Shown one piece after another: positions 16,115 to 25,659 of a DNA stretch of 64,000 nucleotides; positions within the stretch are counted from its first letter, which is position 1; each line of letters begins with the position of its first letter. The stretch lies in the IMG/VR virus record IMGVR_UViG_3300036823_000120, positions 30,583-94,582 of that record. One strand, 5' to 3'. The stretch is from a virus. Below the pieces are notes generated by a model. It searched no databases and had not been told where the DNA came from. It saw only the letters and a list, made by a program, of their open reading frames with translations. The position numbers and the translations under genes were made by a program.

Positions 16115-18477
16115 TTCTTTCCCCAGCTATTTTGCTCCGACCAATCTATTTCTATTAATGGGATTCTAGCTCGAAAGCTTTCGACTACTTCATGCACAAC
16201 TGCTGCTATCTTTGGAATCAATTCAGGCTTACTTGGAGTAAGCACCTGATCATGGGCATTTAATGGTTGAGTAAGCCATTCATGACAACCATGTGGTTGT
16301 AAATCCCATATACGACGTTGCATTCGCTTTGTAATTTCTGCACCACTAGATTGTATTTGGTGGTTTGCTGCTGCTCTACAATTACCAGCTTGAACTTGAA
16401 AAGCTGCTGCAAACAATGCTGATTGCAATGCTCCAACAGCAGTTTGTTCACGATCACGTCGTACAACTTTAATTTTTAATTCTTTCCAAGCTTTTGGGGG
16501 TTTCTCTGCCAATTCAAAAAGAGCTTTTACAATTCTATTTTCAAGATTAAAATATCGTCGGAATCCGAACAAAGATTCCACATATTCAGCAGGATCATTC
16601 CATATAATGCGACTACCAATCCCACCTGTTTGTCGCATTGAGCAAAATGAATCAATGACTTTATTTCTTGCTTTACCAACTCCCTTATATTGTTCCGCAA
16701 ATCGTTGGTAGGCTGCATCTGCAATTTCTCTTTCTACACCTAAGCGTGTTTGAAGAGTGTAACCTTCTCCACCATAAAGCATAGCAAAAACTGCTGATTT
16801 ACACTTTGTGTACTTGTCATCAACTCCACCTGGACTACCATCAGTAGCTACAATATCATCATAAGTCATATGTGGATAGACATGTACGCCAAACAAAGCA
16901 TGAATTTTCATCGTCTTACTGCCACCACATTTTGGACACTTCTTCTTTCCTTCATTATAAATCACTTCCACGTTGCGACACTTAGAACAAGTAAGAAGGT
17001 CACGACGTAAAAGAGGATCATTATAGGTAGCATCAGCAAGAACAACTTCGAAGCCCGAGAAGTCGCCTCCCACCAACTTAAGTCCACCGAATGCCAACGG
17101 GAATTTGGACCTAACCTCGTCAGTCTTCTTAATCCCCTGGGCGTTAAGACCGCCAGTCCCAGACATACGACCAGACAAAGCGCCGATAACATTAAAGTTG
17201 GCATGAAAGCGTCCTGCCAAAATAAGCTTATCATAAAGCTCAATCTCCTTTTTGGCGAATCGTGTTTCAAGAACGCCTTTTGCTCTCTCACATGCAGGAT
17301 GTGAAAGCTTACCTGTGTTGTTACACAAGTCGCATGGTCCAAATTGGCAAGGAATATTGTCCCATTCTGCAATTTTTTGTAGTATAATCTTTCCAGTTTT
17401 ATTTCCATTCATTGATTCATTTGAAAGTCGTTCTTCTGGACTTAATGCTTCATCAATGAATTTCTTCACTTTTCTTGGTGCGGTTGGATATTTACCTAAT
17501 TTTTTAATAGCCTCGGCTTTAAGTGCCTCTATACCTGGCAAATCAATAGCATAACCTCTCCAACGAACACAGCCTACCATACAGGCAAGTTCAGAATCAT
17601 CGTCGCCAGGAGTTGGATCATTGAAATAATGATACAAACGACGAGTATATTCTACATCTTTTCGGGCATATTCTCTTGCACTATCATTATGTCTCCAATG
17701 AGAAATATGCTTTTCAATTACTTCTGGCCAGGCTTTCTTCCACCTACCAGGCCGTCCAACTGCTAATGCATATGGAGCGTATCCATATTCTTCAGGATAA
17801 AAAGCTTTTTCTACTTCAACGTCACTAAAGAATATTACTTCTTCGAGAGGAATTTGTAGAACATGAATAGCTAGATTTTTTAATGCACTTGAAGCTTTGA
17901 ACTTTAAAACAATATCTTTGAATTCTGTTTCTATTTGACCATTTTGTTTTGTAATAGGATGTACTTTGAATCTTGGAGCAAGCTTATCTTTTGCTCTTGC
18001 AAATAAAATACTTTCAAAGAAAATACGCTTTTCAAGTTCTTTTGCAAGTGAATATGCCAATTTCGTTGGAACACGTCGAATACGAATATCCGAACGTTCC
18101 ATTGTCATTTGAAATTCAGTCTTACGAGCATGAAGCATAATATCAAAAGCTGCTTTTGGCTTGAAGCAAGGACCATCTCTTGCCCTTTCTTCAAGTAAAG
18201 CAACTTGATCAATATGCTCATCAAGATATTCCCACTCACCAAAGGTATCACGAGCAAGCAAAAGAATTGTATACATCTTATTTATCATGAACCAATCAAA
18301 TGCTAAATTGTAGCCAATAACTTCACATTGAGCTAATTTGTCCAACAAGTCAATACTATCTTGTATTGGACTCGTCCAAAATTCATGAATCTCAATTGGT
18401 CCATCATCAAAAGCATATTGAATCGTAACTGGCATACCATGAAAGCCACAAGACTCAACATCAATGTAACATTTCAT
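16111..18477 (-). CDS. family A DNA polymerase with 3'-5' exonuclease
   Basis: DVES, GYNLAFD, YARKD, GRMSG, motif A DFSGFE, motif B KSAVFAMLYG, motif C AHDQV. Confidence 0.93.
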   Translation of the reverse strand: MKCYIDVESCGFHGMPVTIQYAFDDGPIEIHEFWTSPIQDSIDLLDKLAQCEVIGYNLAFDWFMINKMYTILLLARDTFGEWEYLDEHIDQVALLEERARDGPCFKPKAAFDIMLHARKTEFQMTMERSDIRIRRVPTKLAYSLAKELEKRIFFESILFARAKDKLAPRFKVHPITKQNGQIETEFKDIVLKFKASSALKNLAIHVLQIPLEEVIFFSDVEVEKAFYPEEYGYAPYALAVGRPGRWKKAWPEVIEKHISHWRHNDSAREYARKDVEYTRRLYHYFNDPTPGDDDSELACMVGCVRWRGYAIDLPGIEALKAEAIKKLGKYPTAPRKVKKFIDEALSPEERLSNESMNGNKTGKIILQKIAEWDNIPCQFGPCDLCNNTGKLSHPACERAKGVLETRFAKKEIELYDKLILAGRFHANFNVIGALSGRMSGTGGLNAQGIKKTDEVRSKFPLAFGGLKLVGGDFSGFEVVLADATYNDPLLRRDLLTCSKCRNVEVIYNEGKKKCPKCGGSKTMKIHALFGVHVYPHMTYDDIVATDGSPGGVDDKYTKCKSAVFAMLYGGEGYTLQTRLGVEREIADAAYQRFAEQYKGVGKARNKVIDSFCSMRQTGGIGSRIIWNDPAEYVESLFGFRRYFNLENRIVKALFELAEKPPKAWKELKIKVVRRDREQTAVGALQSALFAAAFQVQAGNCRAAANHQIQSSGAEITKRMQRRIWDLQPHGCHEWLTQPLNAHDQVLTPSKPELIPKIAAVVHEVVESFRARIPLIEIDWSEQNSWGKK

Positions 18478-18634
18478 AGCTCATCCTTCGTGAACAAGTG
18501 AACAAAATATGCAAAACACGCGAGATTCTCGCAGTTTTGATGCCACCAATCATCTTCATTAAGGACAAACCAATCTACTTCATAGATCATACACCATTCA
18601 ATAAGCCTATTAATTTCAACAGGCTCAGTTAAGA

Positions 18635-19561
18635 TTATTCACTTTTATCACCAACTAATGCCTTACTTACCCAAGAAGGCATAATAAAATCTTTACCTTC
18701 TTTCCTAGCTGCTGCTTGAACTTCATTAAGCAATTCAATTGTACTAATCTTTGCGGTACACCATGCTGCAAATCGAGTTGCTAAACACGCACCAAGAGTA
18801 TCATAAATGAGACCACCCATTTCAACTATCTCTGGTCCCTTTCGCTCACGAGTTTTCATTGCGTCGCTACTTCGTTGAATAGAAGGAACAACGCTGAGAG
18901 ATTCTCCTTTTTCGCGCTTTTCTTTGACTTTCTTCACAAATTCAATTTGTTGTTCAACTTTTCGAAGACTCGCACAGTGTTTGATTTGTGCTTGAGTAAG
19001 CAAACCAGCAGCGGCAACTGCTTGAATTTCCTTCGGCAAACTCAAAAGAGCTTTACGAATTTGCACCCATCCACGAGAAGTACCAGTGAGATCGGCAACT
19101 TCAACTTCATTGAAGTGAATATCAAAGTAATATTTAATTGCATAAGCTTCTTGAAGAATATTTAATTGCTTACGATGCAAATTCTCTCTTAGGTTCTGTG
19201 TTCGTGCGGCTGTTTCATCAAGACCTTCTTCAATGAAACATGGAATCTTTGAATGCTTCTCAGCAACGACAGGATCAGCATCTAAGGCGTTAATTTCAAA
19301 TGCCGTAAAACGTCTATGTCCTGCCACAATACGGTATTTCTTACCTGATATAGCATCGTGTGGTTGTACAGTAATTGGAGTATCAAGCTTTCGGTCCTTG
19401 ATATCTCGTGCAAGATCAAGAACATCGATTGGGCTTATGTTTCCACGACAATTGAAGTTTTCATCAAGAAAAATATCTTCAATAGGAATTAAAAATACTT
19501 TGTAGCCAGTTATAGGATCAATATCAACTGTTTCTTGATTATTTGCAATTGCTATAGACAT
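18635..19561 (-). CDS. parB: ParB/RepB/Spo0J family protein
   Basis: FNCRG...PITV...IVAGHRRFTA...ENLHRKQLNILQEA plus HTH EVADLTGTSRGWV. Confidence 0.88.
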   Translation of the reverse strand: MSIAIANNQETVDIDPITGYKVFLIPIEDIFLDENFNCRGNISPIDVLDLARDIKDRKLDTPITVQPHDAISGKKYRIVAGHRRFTAFEINALDADPVVAEKHSKIPCFIEEGLDETAARTQNLRENLHRKQLNILQEAYAIKYYFDIHFNEVEVADLTGTSRGWVQIRKALLSLPKEIQAVAAAGLLTQAQIKHCASLRKVEQQIEFVKKVKEKREKGESLSVVPSIQRSSDAMKTRERKGPEIVEMGGLIYDTLGACLATRFAAWCTAKISTIELLNEVQAAARKEGKDFIMPSWVSKALVGDKSE

Positions 19562-19707
19562 TATTTTGGTCCTTGCTTATTCAGAGCTAAAAGCTCCTTG
19601 TATATTAACTCATGTTCTACGATTAACTCATAAGGTTTCACTATACCTTGGGAGTTTCTTTGACTTTTTAGTAATATAAATTTTTCAATCTCATTTATTT
19701 GATTCAT
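19561..19707 (-). CDS. small hypothetical protein (48 aa, not in ORF track)
   Basis: AGGAG RBS, MNQINEIEKF..., and TAATG coupling to parB. Confidence 0.45.
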   Translation of the reverse strand: MNQINEIEKFILLKSQRNSQGIVKPYELIVEHELIYKELLALNKQGPK

Positions 19708-19715
19708 TAAGACTC

Positions 19716-22349
19716 CTAGTTTCTAGAATCACTTGTTACTCCCATTTCATGGGCTTTTGCAGCTTCTTGTTGAGCTTGTTTCATTTCTTCTAGTACCAAA
19801 CCCATACTCAAACTTTGCAAATCACGTTTGCGTTTGAGATTTTTTAATACATAAGCATCAGTTGGAAGATGGAGCAAATCAATTATAGTAGCTCCTCTTT
19901 CTACTGACATACCTGCCCTATGTATGCGATCTTCTGATTGCAATCTAGACTCACCATTGAAATCATTGCTGAAATAAATGATGGCTTTTGATGCCGTCAG
20001 TGTCAGGCCCATTCCCGCTGATCCAGCGTGCCCAACAAAAGCTATCTTTTGATCGTATTGCTTAGGATTCTGAAAGACTTTCAAGAATTCTACGTTATCT
20101 TTTGGCAAGAAGTTACCATATGGCACCCATCCACGTCCGTCCACACGCATCACTTGCCAACCAAGCTTAGTCACATGGTCACTAACTCGATCAATTGTTC
20201 CTGTGAAAGCTCCATAGATAACAATTCTATTCTCATCTTCAAAATCATCTGAGAGAAGTTCTGTAAGAGTATCAAATTTTGGACTATCGACTGTTTTTAC
20301 TTCTCTCTTAATAACATTAGTTGTTCCGCGGCCTTCGCAAGCAGGACACTTAATTTTTTCATTAAGATCGTTATCGAAAAGCTCTCTATTGCCTTTACAA
20401 GTTGTACAAGTTGCAGTAGATTCGACAGTTTCAATATATTGAAAGCCATCTGATAACTCACGAAGCTTTGTAAGAGCTTCAATTGCATTGCGACAACCAA
20501 CTTGTATCAAACTAGCCGCACGAATCATCGGCAGACTTGGCTTTATATTAATTTCTCGATATACCTTATCAGGTAGATCAAGACAATCTTTCTTGTGTTG
20601 AACTAATACAAGTCCACTCATTCGCCGATAAAGTTGACTAATTTCATCTTTCAAAGCTATATATTCATGGAAGTTTTCTTTGTCTTCTTTGGCATAATGA
20701 TTAGCATGAGAACTAAGCTTACCACATTTATTACAGATTGCTTGACCACCATCTCGCCATGCAATGAATTTCGGGAACCGACCACCAGTGATATCACCAA
20801 CGTATTCAGTAACAGCTAATCGTTCCTTGAACTTGTTGACATCACCTTCAATCAAGAAGCCTGGACAAGCAGTTTCACATTGCCAATACCAATCTACAGG
20901 GGACTTGGGAGCGGGAGAACCACTCATAAGTACAATGTATGCATCGTGTCCATAGTTATTACGCATACTTTCAGCAACATGAAAAGCTGATTGTGAGCGT
21001 TGAGCAGTTGGTGTCTTTAATTTTGAAGATTCATCGAATATAATTCCACGAGGTGGCATTTTCCGTGGAATCCAATTTTCAACTGTTTTCTTCAATTCAT
21101 CATAAGTCATAAATATTGGACGTATGAAAGATTTCCAATTCCAAAACTCAAGACGAACACTTGCAATTGATGATTTTGTTCCAATGTACCACCAATCTGC
21201 GATACCACTTCGTTCCATTGCCTCTATTGAGGCAAGAGTCTTTCCACAATTATGTACTACAATACCATTTGCGACAAAATTTCTATAAGGATCATCACAA
21301 ATAACATCATAGACAAATAATTCTCCATTATTTTCAATACTTATAATTTTATCTTTATGTGGTATAAATTGACATTTCTCAGTATGTAGATTTACATAAT
21401 TTGTTTGGCCATGTAATTTTGCATGCTTACTACTTGAACTTAATAGTTCCAAGTTTTCAATTTTATTATCATTTTTAATTTCATTTTTATGATGAACTAT
21501 CTCATTTTCTTTAATATATCGTCCAAGATGTTCTTCCATAATTAAAATGTGTTCATATACTCCACCTGTAGACCATCTTGGATGCTTGTTTTTTAAGCCT
21601 CCAACTCTAATATAGCCATCTTTATCTTTCCATTTACCATTAACTAAAATTTCATCACCAATATTTAGCTTTTCTGCTGAAATATAAGTATTATTATTTA
21701 CAGCAATTTCGTGATCTAAAGTTACACAAATTTCATAACCTAATTTTGTTTTTATTTTTAAAGTAGACTTTTTACCTTTGCTTAAGACATTTTTAATTTT
21801 ATTTAACTTTAATATCCCAGCACAATTACTTCGAATATAAGTTTCTATTCCTAAATCCCAGCATCTGCCTTTTAAATTATGAAATTTCTCAAAAAGATTT
21901 TTTAGTTTTATCTCAAATCCTTTTCCAGCTCTATTTACATGCACGAGTGCTTCACCATCAACGCATCCCATTTCCGCAGCTAGTATACATTGCTTACGTA
22001 GCAAAATATGACCAATCTCATATTTTTGATGCGTATATACAGGTCGTTGAAAAGTTAGCTTATCAACAAATGATTCAAGTGAAGCGTCGTATCGAGAAAA
22101 AGGATTCTTACCTTCTAAGTGTTCAATACGAAATTCATTTCGTCGTGACTTATTAACGCGCCAAACTTTCATTGGATTATCTTCGTCTCTACCAAGCCAT
22201 TTTGAACCTTGCATCACTTTCAATTTATCTTTGAATTCGAAAGCTGAACTAATATAATAATACTTTGAATCTTCATAAATAGTAGCTGGATGACGAAACT
22301 GCTTTCCTTCAAACTTAGTTTGTCTTTCAGCTATAAAATTAATTGCCAT
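19716..22349 (-). CDS. SNF2-like SF2 helicase containing an intein
   Basis: AEMG/CGKT Walker A, FDES, MSGSP, GMGLTL, QSEDRIHRAG. Confidence 0.92.
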   Translation of the reverse strand: MAINFIAERQTKFEGKQFRHPATIYEDSKYYYISSAFEFKDKLKVMQGSKWLGRDEDNPMKVWRVNKSRRNEFRIEHLEGKNPFSRYDASLESFVDKLTFQRPVYTHQKYEIGHILLRKQCILAAEMGCVDGEALVHVNRAGKGFEIKLKNLFEKFHNLKGRCWDLGIETYIRSNCAGILKLNKIKNVLSKGKKSTLKIKTKLGYEICVTLDHEIAVNNNTYISAEKLNIGDEILVNGKWKDKDGYIRVGGLKNKHPRWSTGGVYEHILIMEEHLGRYIKENEIVHHKNEIKNDNKIENLELLSSSSKHAKLHGQTNYVNLHTEKCQFIPHKDKIISIENNGELFVYDVICDDPYRNFVANGIVVHNCGKTLASIEAMERSGIADWWYIGTKSSIASVRLEFWNWKSFIRPIFMTYDELKKTVENWIPRKMPPRGIIFDESSKLKTPTAQRSQSAFHVAESMRNNYGHDAYIVLMSGSPAPKSPVDWYWQCETACPGFLIEGDVNKFKERLAVTEYVGDITGGRFPKFIAWRDGGQAICNKCGKLSSHANHYAKEDKENFHEYIALKDEISQLYRRMSGLVLVQHKKDCLDLPDKVYREINIKPSLPMIRAASLIQVGCRNAIEALTKLRELSDGFQYIETVESTATCTTCKGNRELFDNDLNEKIKCPACEGRGTTNVIKREVKTVDSPKFDTLTELLSDDFEDENRIVIYGAFTGTIDRVSDHVTKLGWQVMRVDGRGWVPYGNFLPKDNVEFLKVFQNPKQYDQKIAFVGHAGSAGMGLTLTASKAIIYFSNDFNGESRLQSEDRIHRAGMSVERGATIIDLLHLPTDAYVLKNLKRKRDLQSLSMGLVLEEMKQAQQEAAKAHEMGVTSDSRN
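21249..21965 (-). mobile_element. intein (239 aa) with HNH endonuclease
   Basis: Starts CVDGEAL, block B VTLDH, ends VYD...NFVANGIVVHN|C. Internal YEHILIME...VHHKNEIKNDNKIENL. Confidence 0.92.
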
Positions 22350-22356
22350 AACTTCC

Positions 22357-22803
22357 TCAAGCTAATACAAACGTTTTATCTTGTAAATGCTTAATCGTTA
22401 CATTTAGAAAAATACCATATACATTATTAAAATGAGTATACAGTAAATTTGCTAATACTCTTAATTCTCTTGGTGTATCTTCAGTAAGATATTTTGTTAC
22501 AAATGTTAAATATTCTTCAATTGATCCTGTAATAAAGCCTTTTGAGTCTCTATCACAATAGGCTGTTGTAATTTTTAAGTAACCAGTGTTTATAAGTAAG
22601 TCAACAACATCTTGAGGCAATTCAAAATAAAAAGTTACAAATATCCACTGATAAGATGGATTTAAGTTAAATAGGCTCCTAGCCAACATAGACAATTTGT
22701 CAAGTGGCTTGGAGCTTTTCTTATCAATCTCAGTAAGTTCAATACACTTTGAAAGTATATTAAAATCAATTTGTGATTGAATCACAGATTGTAATTTATA
22801 CAT
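22357..22803 (-). CDS. hypothetical protein, possibly degenerate ThyX-like
   Basis: FVTFYFE...FITGSIEEY..F...ELRVLA loosely matches the ThyX scaffold, but there is no RHR motif. Confidence 0.5.
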   Translation of the reverse strand: MYKLQSVIQSQIDFNILSKCIELTEIDKKSSKPLDKLSMLARSLFNLNPSYQWIFVTFYFELPQDVVDLLINTGYLKITTAYCDRDSKGFITGSIEEYLTFVTKYLTEDTPRELRVLANLLYTHFNNVYGIFLNVTIKHLQDKTFVLA

Positions 22804-22817
22804 TATTTACCTCCAAA

Positions 22818-22887
22818 CACCCCGATAGAGAGTCGAACTCTATTAACCAAACTTTGTAAAAGATGGTTAAATACCATTATTCGGAGC
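22818..22887 (-). ncRNA. degenerate tRNA-like RNA
   Basis: Acceptor GCTCCGA/TCGGGGT, T arm TAGAG-TTCGACT-CTCTA, D-loop remnant AATGGTA, long helix TAACCA/TGGTTA. Confidence 0.5.
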
Positions 22888-22890
22888 GGA

Positions 22891-22922
22891 TGAGGAACTG
22901 TCGCTTCACTTACAGTTCCTCA
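22891..22922. terminator. intergenic hairpin
   Basis: tgaggaactgt...acagttcctca 11-bp stem. Confidence 0.5.
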
Positions 22923-22930
22923 CCTTGTTT

Positions 22931-23296
22931 TTAATGCCTCAGATATTCTATGCCATTGATTGTAAGCTTTGCAGGAAGTTCTGGCATTGGACCACCAACA
23001 GTGAGTGGCAAGCTCGAAGGCTTTCCAGTAAGCACAGCCGGCCCTGTTTGCAGAATCGTAGTCACTTGTGGAACTGCACGGACAACTGGAGCAGCCATAT
23101 TATACGAAGAAGTAGACGAAAAGCTGCTTTGAGTCGTCGAAGACGAACAATTACCATTCGAACAATTACCATTCGAACAATTACCACTCGCAGTGGCCTG
23201 ATGGCGACCCTTACCAAAGATACCAAACGGACCGGCAAACGTAGTGGATGCAACAGCCAGAACCAGAAGCATTGCAAGCATAAATTGCTTACGCAT
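22931..23296 (-). CDS. small secreted protein with CSNGN repeats
   Basis: AGGAG RBS, signal peptide MRKQFMLAMLLVLAVASTTFA, and GNCSNGNCSNGNCS. Confidence 0.8.
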   Translation of the reverse strand: MRKQFMLAMLLVLAVASTTFAGPFGIFGKGRHQATASGNCSNGNCSNGNCSSSTTQSSFSSTSSYNMAAPVVRAVPQVTTILQTGPAVLTGKPSSLPLTVGGPMPELPAKLTINGIEYLRH

Positions 23297-23389
23297 TACT
23301 TTCTCCTAAAAGTTAAAAGTGCCTGTACCGTATTACACGGTATTCACATGTGGAGGTTACAGGCTTATACCTCTACCCAACAAGGGATA

Positions 23390-24085
23390 TTATTCTCGTG
23401 ATACAGCACCTTCAGGCTTTTTATCCACGAGTTCAACTTTGGTCTCAGGAGGATTCTTAAATTCCTTTAAGACATTATGATATTCTTCAATATTTGGTGT
23501 ATCAAATTGTTGCGATGCTGATACAATTTGTGGACCATACCAATTATATTTCTTTGTTTCTATGAACTTACTAGAAATGATTGCACACTTGTCAATCAAA
23601 GCTTTAAAGTTCGCGGCTTCATTCTTTGCAGTCTTTGACGCCATCAGATACGTTGCAAATCCATGACCTGGGATGAAAATCAAAAATTGTGGACCACACA
23701 TTGCACCATCACCAAAAATACCACGATCTGCAATTTCACGAACTTTCTTGAAGCCTTCACTATTAGGATCATAGAAAGAAATTGGCTTATCGCCAGAAGT
23801 AGACAATGCAATGGGTCTCCATGCACAAACCCAACATTGGACATTTTGTCCAAGGTCAATAATTGCTTTTCCCTTGAAAATTGCATGGTTACCAACTCTT
23901 ACATCGCCACGCTGAACAGGCACACTCGTAGCACTCATAAGCTGAACATATGGAAGATAATTTCCAATTGTTGCTAAATCGTCGAATGCTGCTTCAGTAT
24001 ACCTGTCAGGCACCAATTCCGAAGACTTAGGCATTGCAGCAATTGCATTACTTGCTGAATTCGGATTTACAATCTCAGTGTTCAT
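23390..24085 (-). CDS. putative ssDNA-binding protein
   Basis: 231 aa with a good RBS in the replication arm. Aromatic beta-rich pattern YLPYVQL...KYNWYGP. Function is inferred only. Confidence 0.5.
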   Translation of the reverse strand: MNTEIVNPNSASNAIAAMPKSSELVPDRYTEAAFDDLATIGNYLPYVQLMSATSVPVQRGDVRVGNHAIFKGKAIIDLGQNVQCWVCAWRPIALSTSGDKPISFYDPNSEGFKKVREIADRGIFGDGAMCGPQFLIFIPGHGFATYLMASKTAKNEAANFKALIDKCAIISSKFIETKKYNWYGPQIVSASQQFDTPNIEEYHNVLKEFKNPPETKVELVDKKPEGAVSRE

Positions 24086-24120
24086 TCATCACCTTTCAAA
24101 GTCAAGATCATTGGATGTTA

Positions 24121-24147
24121 TAAGCTACCACGAAATGTGGTAGCTTA
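24121..24147. terminator. intergenic hairpin after parB
   Basis: taagctaccac-gaaat-gtggtagctta. Confidence 0.55.
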
Positions 24148-24156
24148 CGTTAAAAC

Positions 24157-25248
24157 TTACTGGCCATTCTGAGGCACAAAGGACGGGTCAATTGGTTGAT
24201 TCAGATTGACAGGTACAACAGGGTGACCATTAACGCCAACACCGGCAGTAGTTGTAACTGCTTTTGCGGCCTGATCTTTCTTTTGTTGGCGTTCTGCTTC
24301 ACGCTTCTTCTTATCCTCATCACGTTCCTTCTTACGTTGCTCATACCGATGACGATCAAATTCGACAGATTCAGGATCGAGATGCATTGAATACTTGAGA
24401 GCAATTTCAGCAGAAGCTAGGCACATAAGCTTTACTTCATCAGGTTGATTCTGAACCTGTTGAAGAACAAGGGTTCCAACCTTAGACGAAGTGAATTCTT
24501 TCTTCGCAAAAGCGGCAAGTTCTTCCTTGAGAGTCACAGGACGTTGAAGTCGAGGAACAGGAACAAACCCTTCCTCAGCCGGAGCACGTCCTTCAGAGCG
24601 AGCATCACGAATCGCCTTATAAGCAGAAGTTGCGATTGGGATGAATTCATTCGGGGACAACGAAATTGCCTGATTCGCAAGTTCATCTTGCTTTTCAGGA
24701 GGCAACTTGGCGAGTGCATAAGCATTCGCCAACCCGATGTCACCACTATCAACCAACTTTTGGATAGGCTCATTAAGCTTCACGAGTTGCAAGCGATCAC
24801 GTAGCCAAGAGTTCGACTTACTAAGACGTGAGGCCAACTCAGTCATAGTTAAAAGCGGATTTGCACTCATGATCTTGATGAGTGCCTTTGTGTATTGTAC
24901 CGCCTTAGTTTCAATCCTATGTACATTGGCAAGAATCTGAGCTTCAATCAAATCCGCGTCTTTCAGCGAACCAATTTGTGCAGGGATTTCATTAAGACCT
25001 GCATCCATTGCAGCATTGAAACGGTGTAAGCCATCAATAAGACCGTAAAGGATTTCACCACTTGCAGGGTCTTTAATTTCTCGCACCAAAATGGGATTCA
25101 TAATCCCACGCTTTTTCACACTGTCTACAAGTTGGATATAATCTTCATCTTGCTTATCGACAGCGGTGCGAAGTGCTTCACTGTTCTCACGAATCTTCTT
25201 AAGAGGAATCTTTGCTTGTGTCGTATTCTTGAAGTTAAAATCGTCCAT
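24157..25248 (-). CDS. parB: ParB/RepB/Spo0J family protein
   Basis: LVDSVKKRGIMNPILVR...LIDGLHRFNAA...ANVHR plus HTH ELASRLSKSNSW. Start taken at MDDFNF. Confidence 0.9.
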   Translation of the reverse strand: MDDFNFKNTTQAKIPLKKIRENSEALRTAVDKQDEDYIQLVDSVKKRGIMNPILVREIKDPASGEILYGLIDGLHRFNAAMDAGLNEIPAQIGSLKDADLIEAQILANVHRIETKAVQYTKALIKIMSANPLLTMTELASRLSKSNSWLRDRLQLVKLNEPIQKLVDSGDIGLANAYALAKLPPEKQDELANQAISLSPNEFIPIATSAYKAIRDARSEGRAPAEEGFVPVPRLQRPVTLKEELAAFAKKEFTSSKVGTLVLQQVQNQPDEVKLMCLASAEIALKYSMHLDPESVEFDRHRYEQRKKERDEDKKKREAERQQKKDQAAKAVTTTAGVGVNGHPVVPVNLNQPIDPSFVPQNGQ

Positions 25249-25249
25249 T

Positions 25250-25504
25250 TTATAATTCTGGCTTCTTGGGTGGTGGTACAGTTGCAATCTGGATGGGTAA
25301 CTGCGTTATCCCTAATTCCAGTGCAGCTTGATACCGATAATAGCCATCTATAATGGTATATAAGCCATTCGTCTTATGCTGTACAAGAAGTGGCTCAAGA
25401 ATACCATCAAGGCGGATATCTTCTCGTAACTCGACGAAAAGCTGTCCGCTAGGCTGTGAAGGTTTGGGTGGTTGCCTGATTTCCATGATGTTAACTATTA
25501 ACAT
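25250..25504 (-). CDS. stand-alone ParB N-terminal (ParBc) domain protein
   Basis: LREDIRLDGILEPLLV...IIDGYYRYQAALELG. AGGAG RBS. Confidence 0.8.
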   Translation of the reverse strand: MLIVNIMEIRQPPKPSQPSGQLFVELREDIRLDGILEPLLVQHKTNGLYTIIDGYYRYQAALELGITQLPIQIATVPPPKKPEL

Positions 25505-25608
25505 GTTATAAGCTCCTACCTGATAAGCATATTTTCATTTCTAATGTCTAGTCTGCTTTTCTCCTTATTCTTATATTCGTTTTAATATTTCCTAGATGCC
25601 GCAATGGG

Positions 25609-25659
25609 CCTCTACTCATATAACCGCAGTTACAGTCAAAAATCCCAAAATAATTCTGG
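25609..25659 (-). promoter_or_regulatory. conserved arm-head element, copy 1 (leftward)
   Basis: TATTTTGGGATTTTTGACTGTAACTGCGGTTATA on the minus strand. Confidence 0.7.

Noticed and set aside
23321-23364. Self-cleaving ribozyme (hammerhead or twister)
   Set aside because: The conserved catalytic nucleotides could not be placed by eye. Kept only as a structured leader.
564-25353. Numerous short plus-strand ORFs opposite left-arm genes
   Set aside because: Antisense shadows of well-supported minus-strand genes, with no RBS or motifs.
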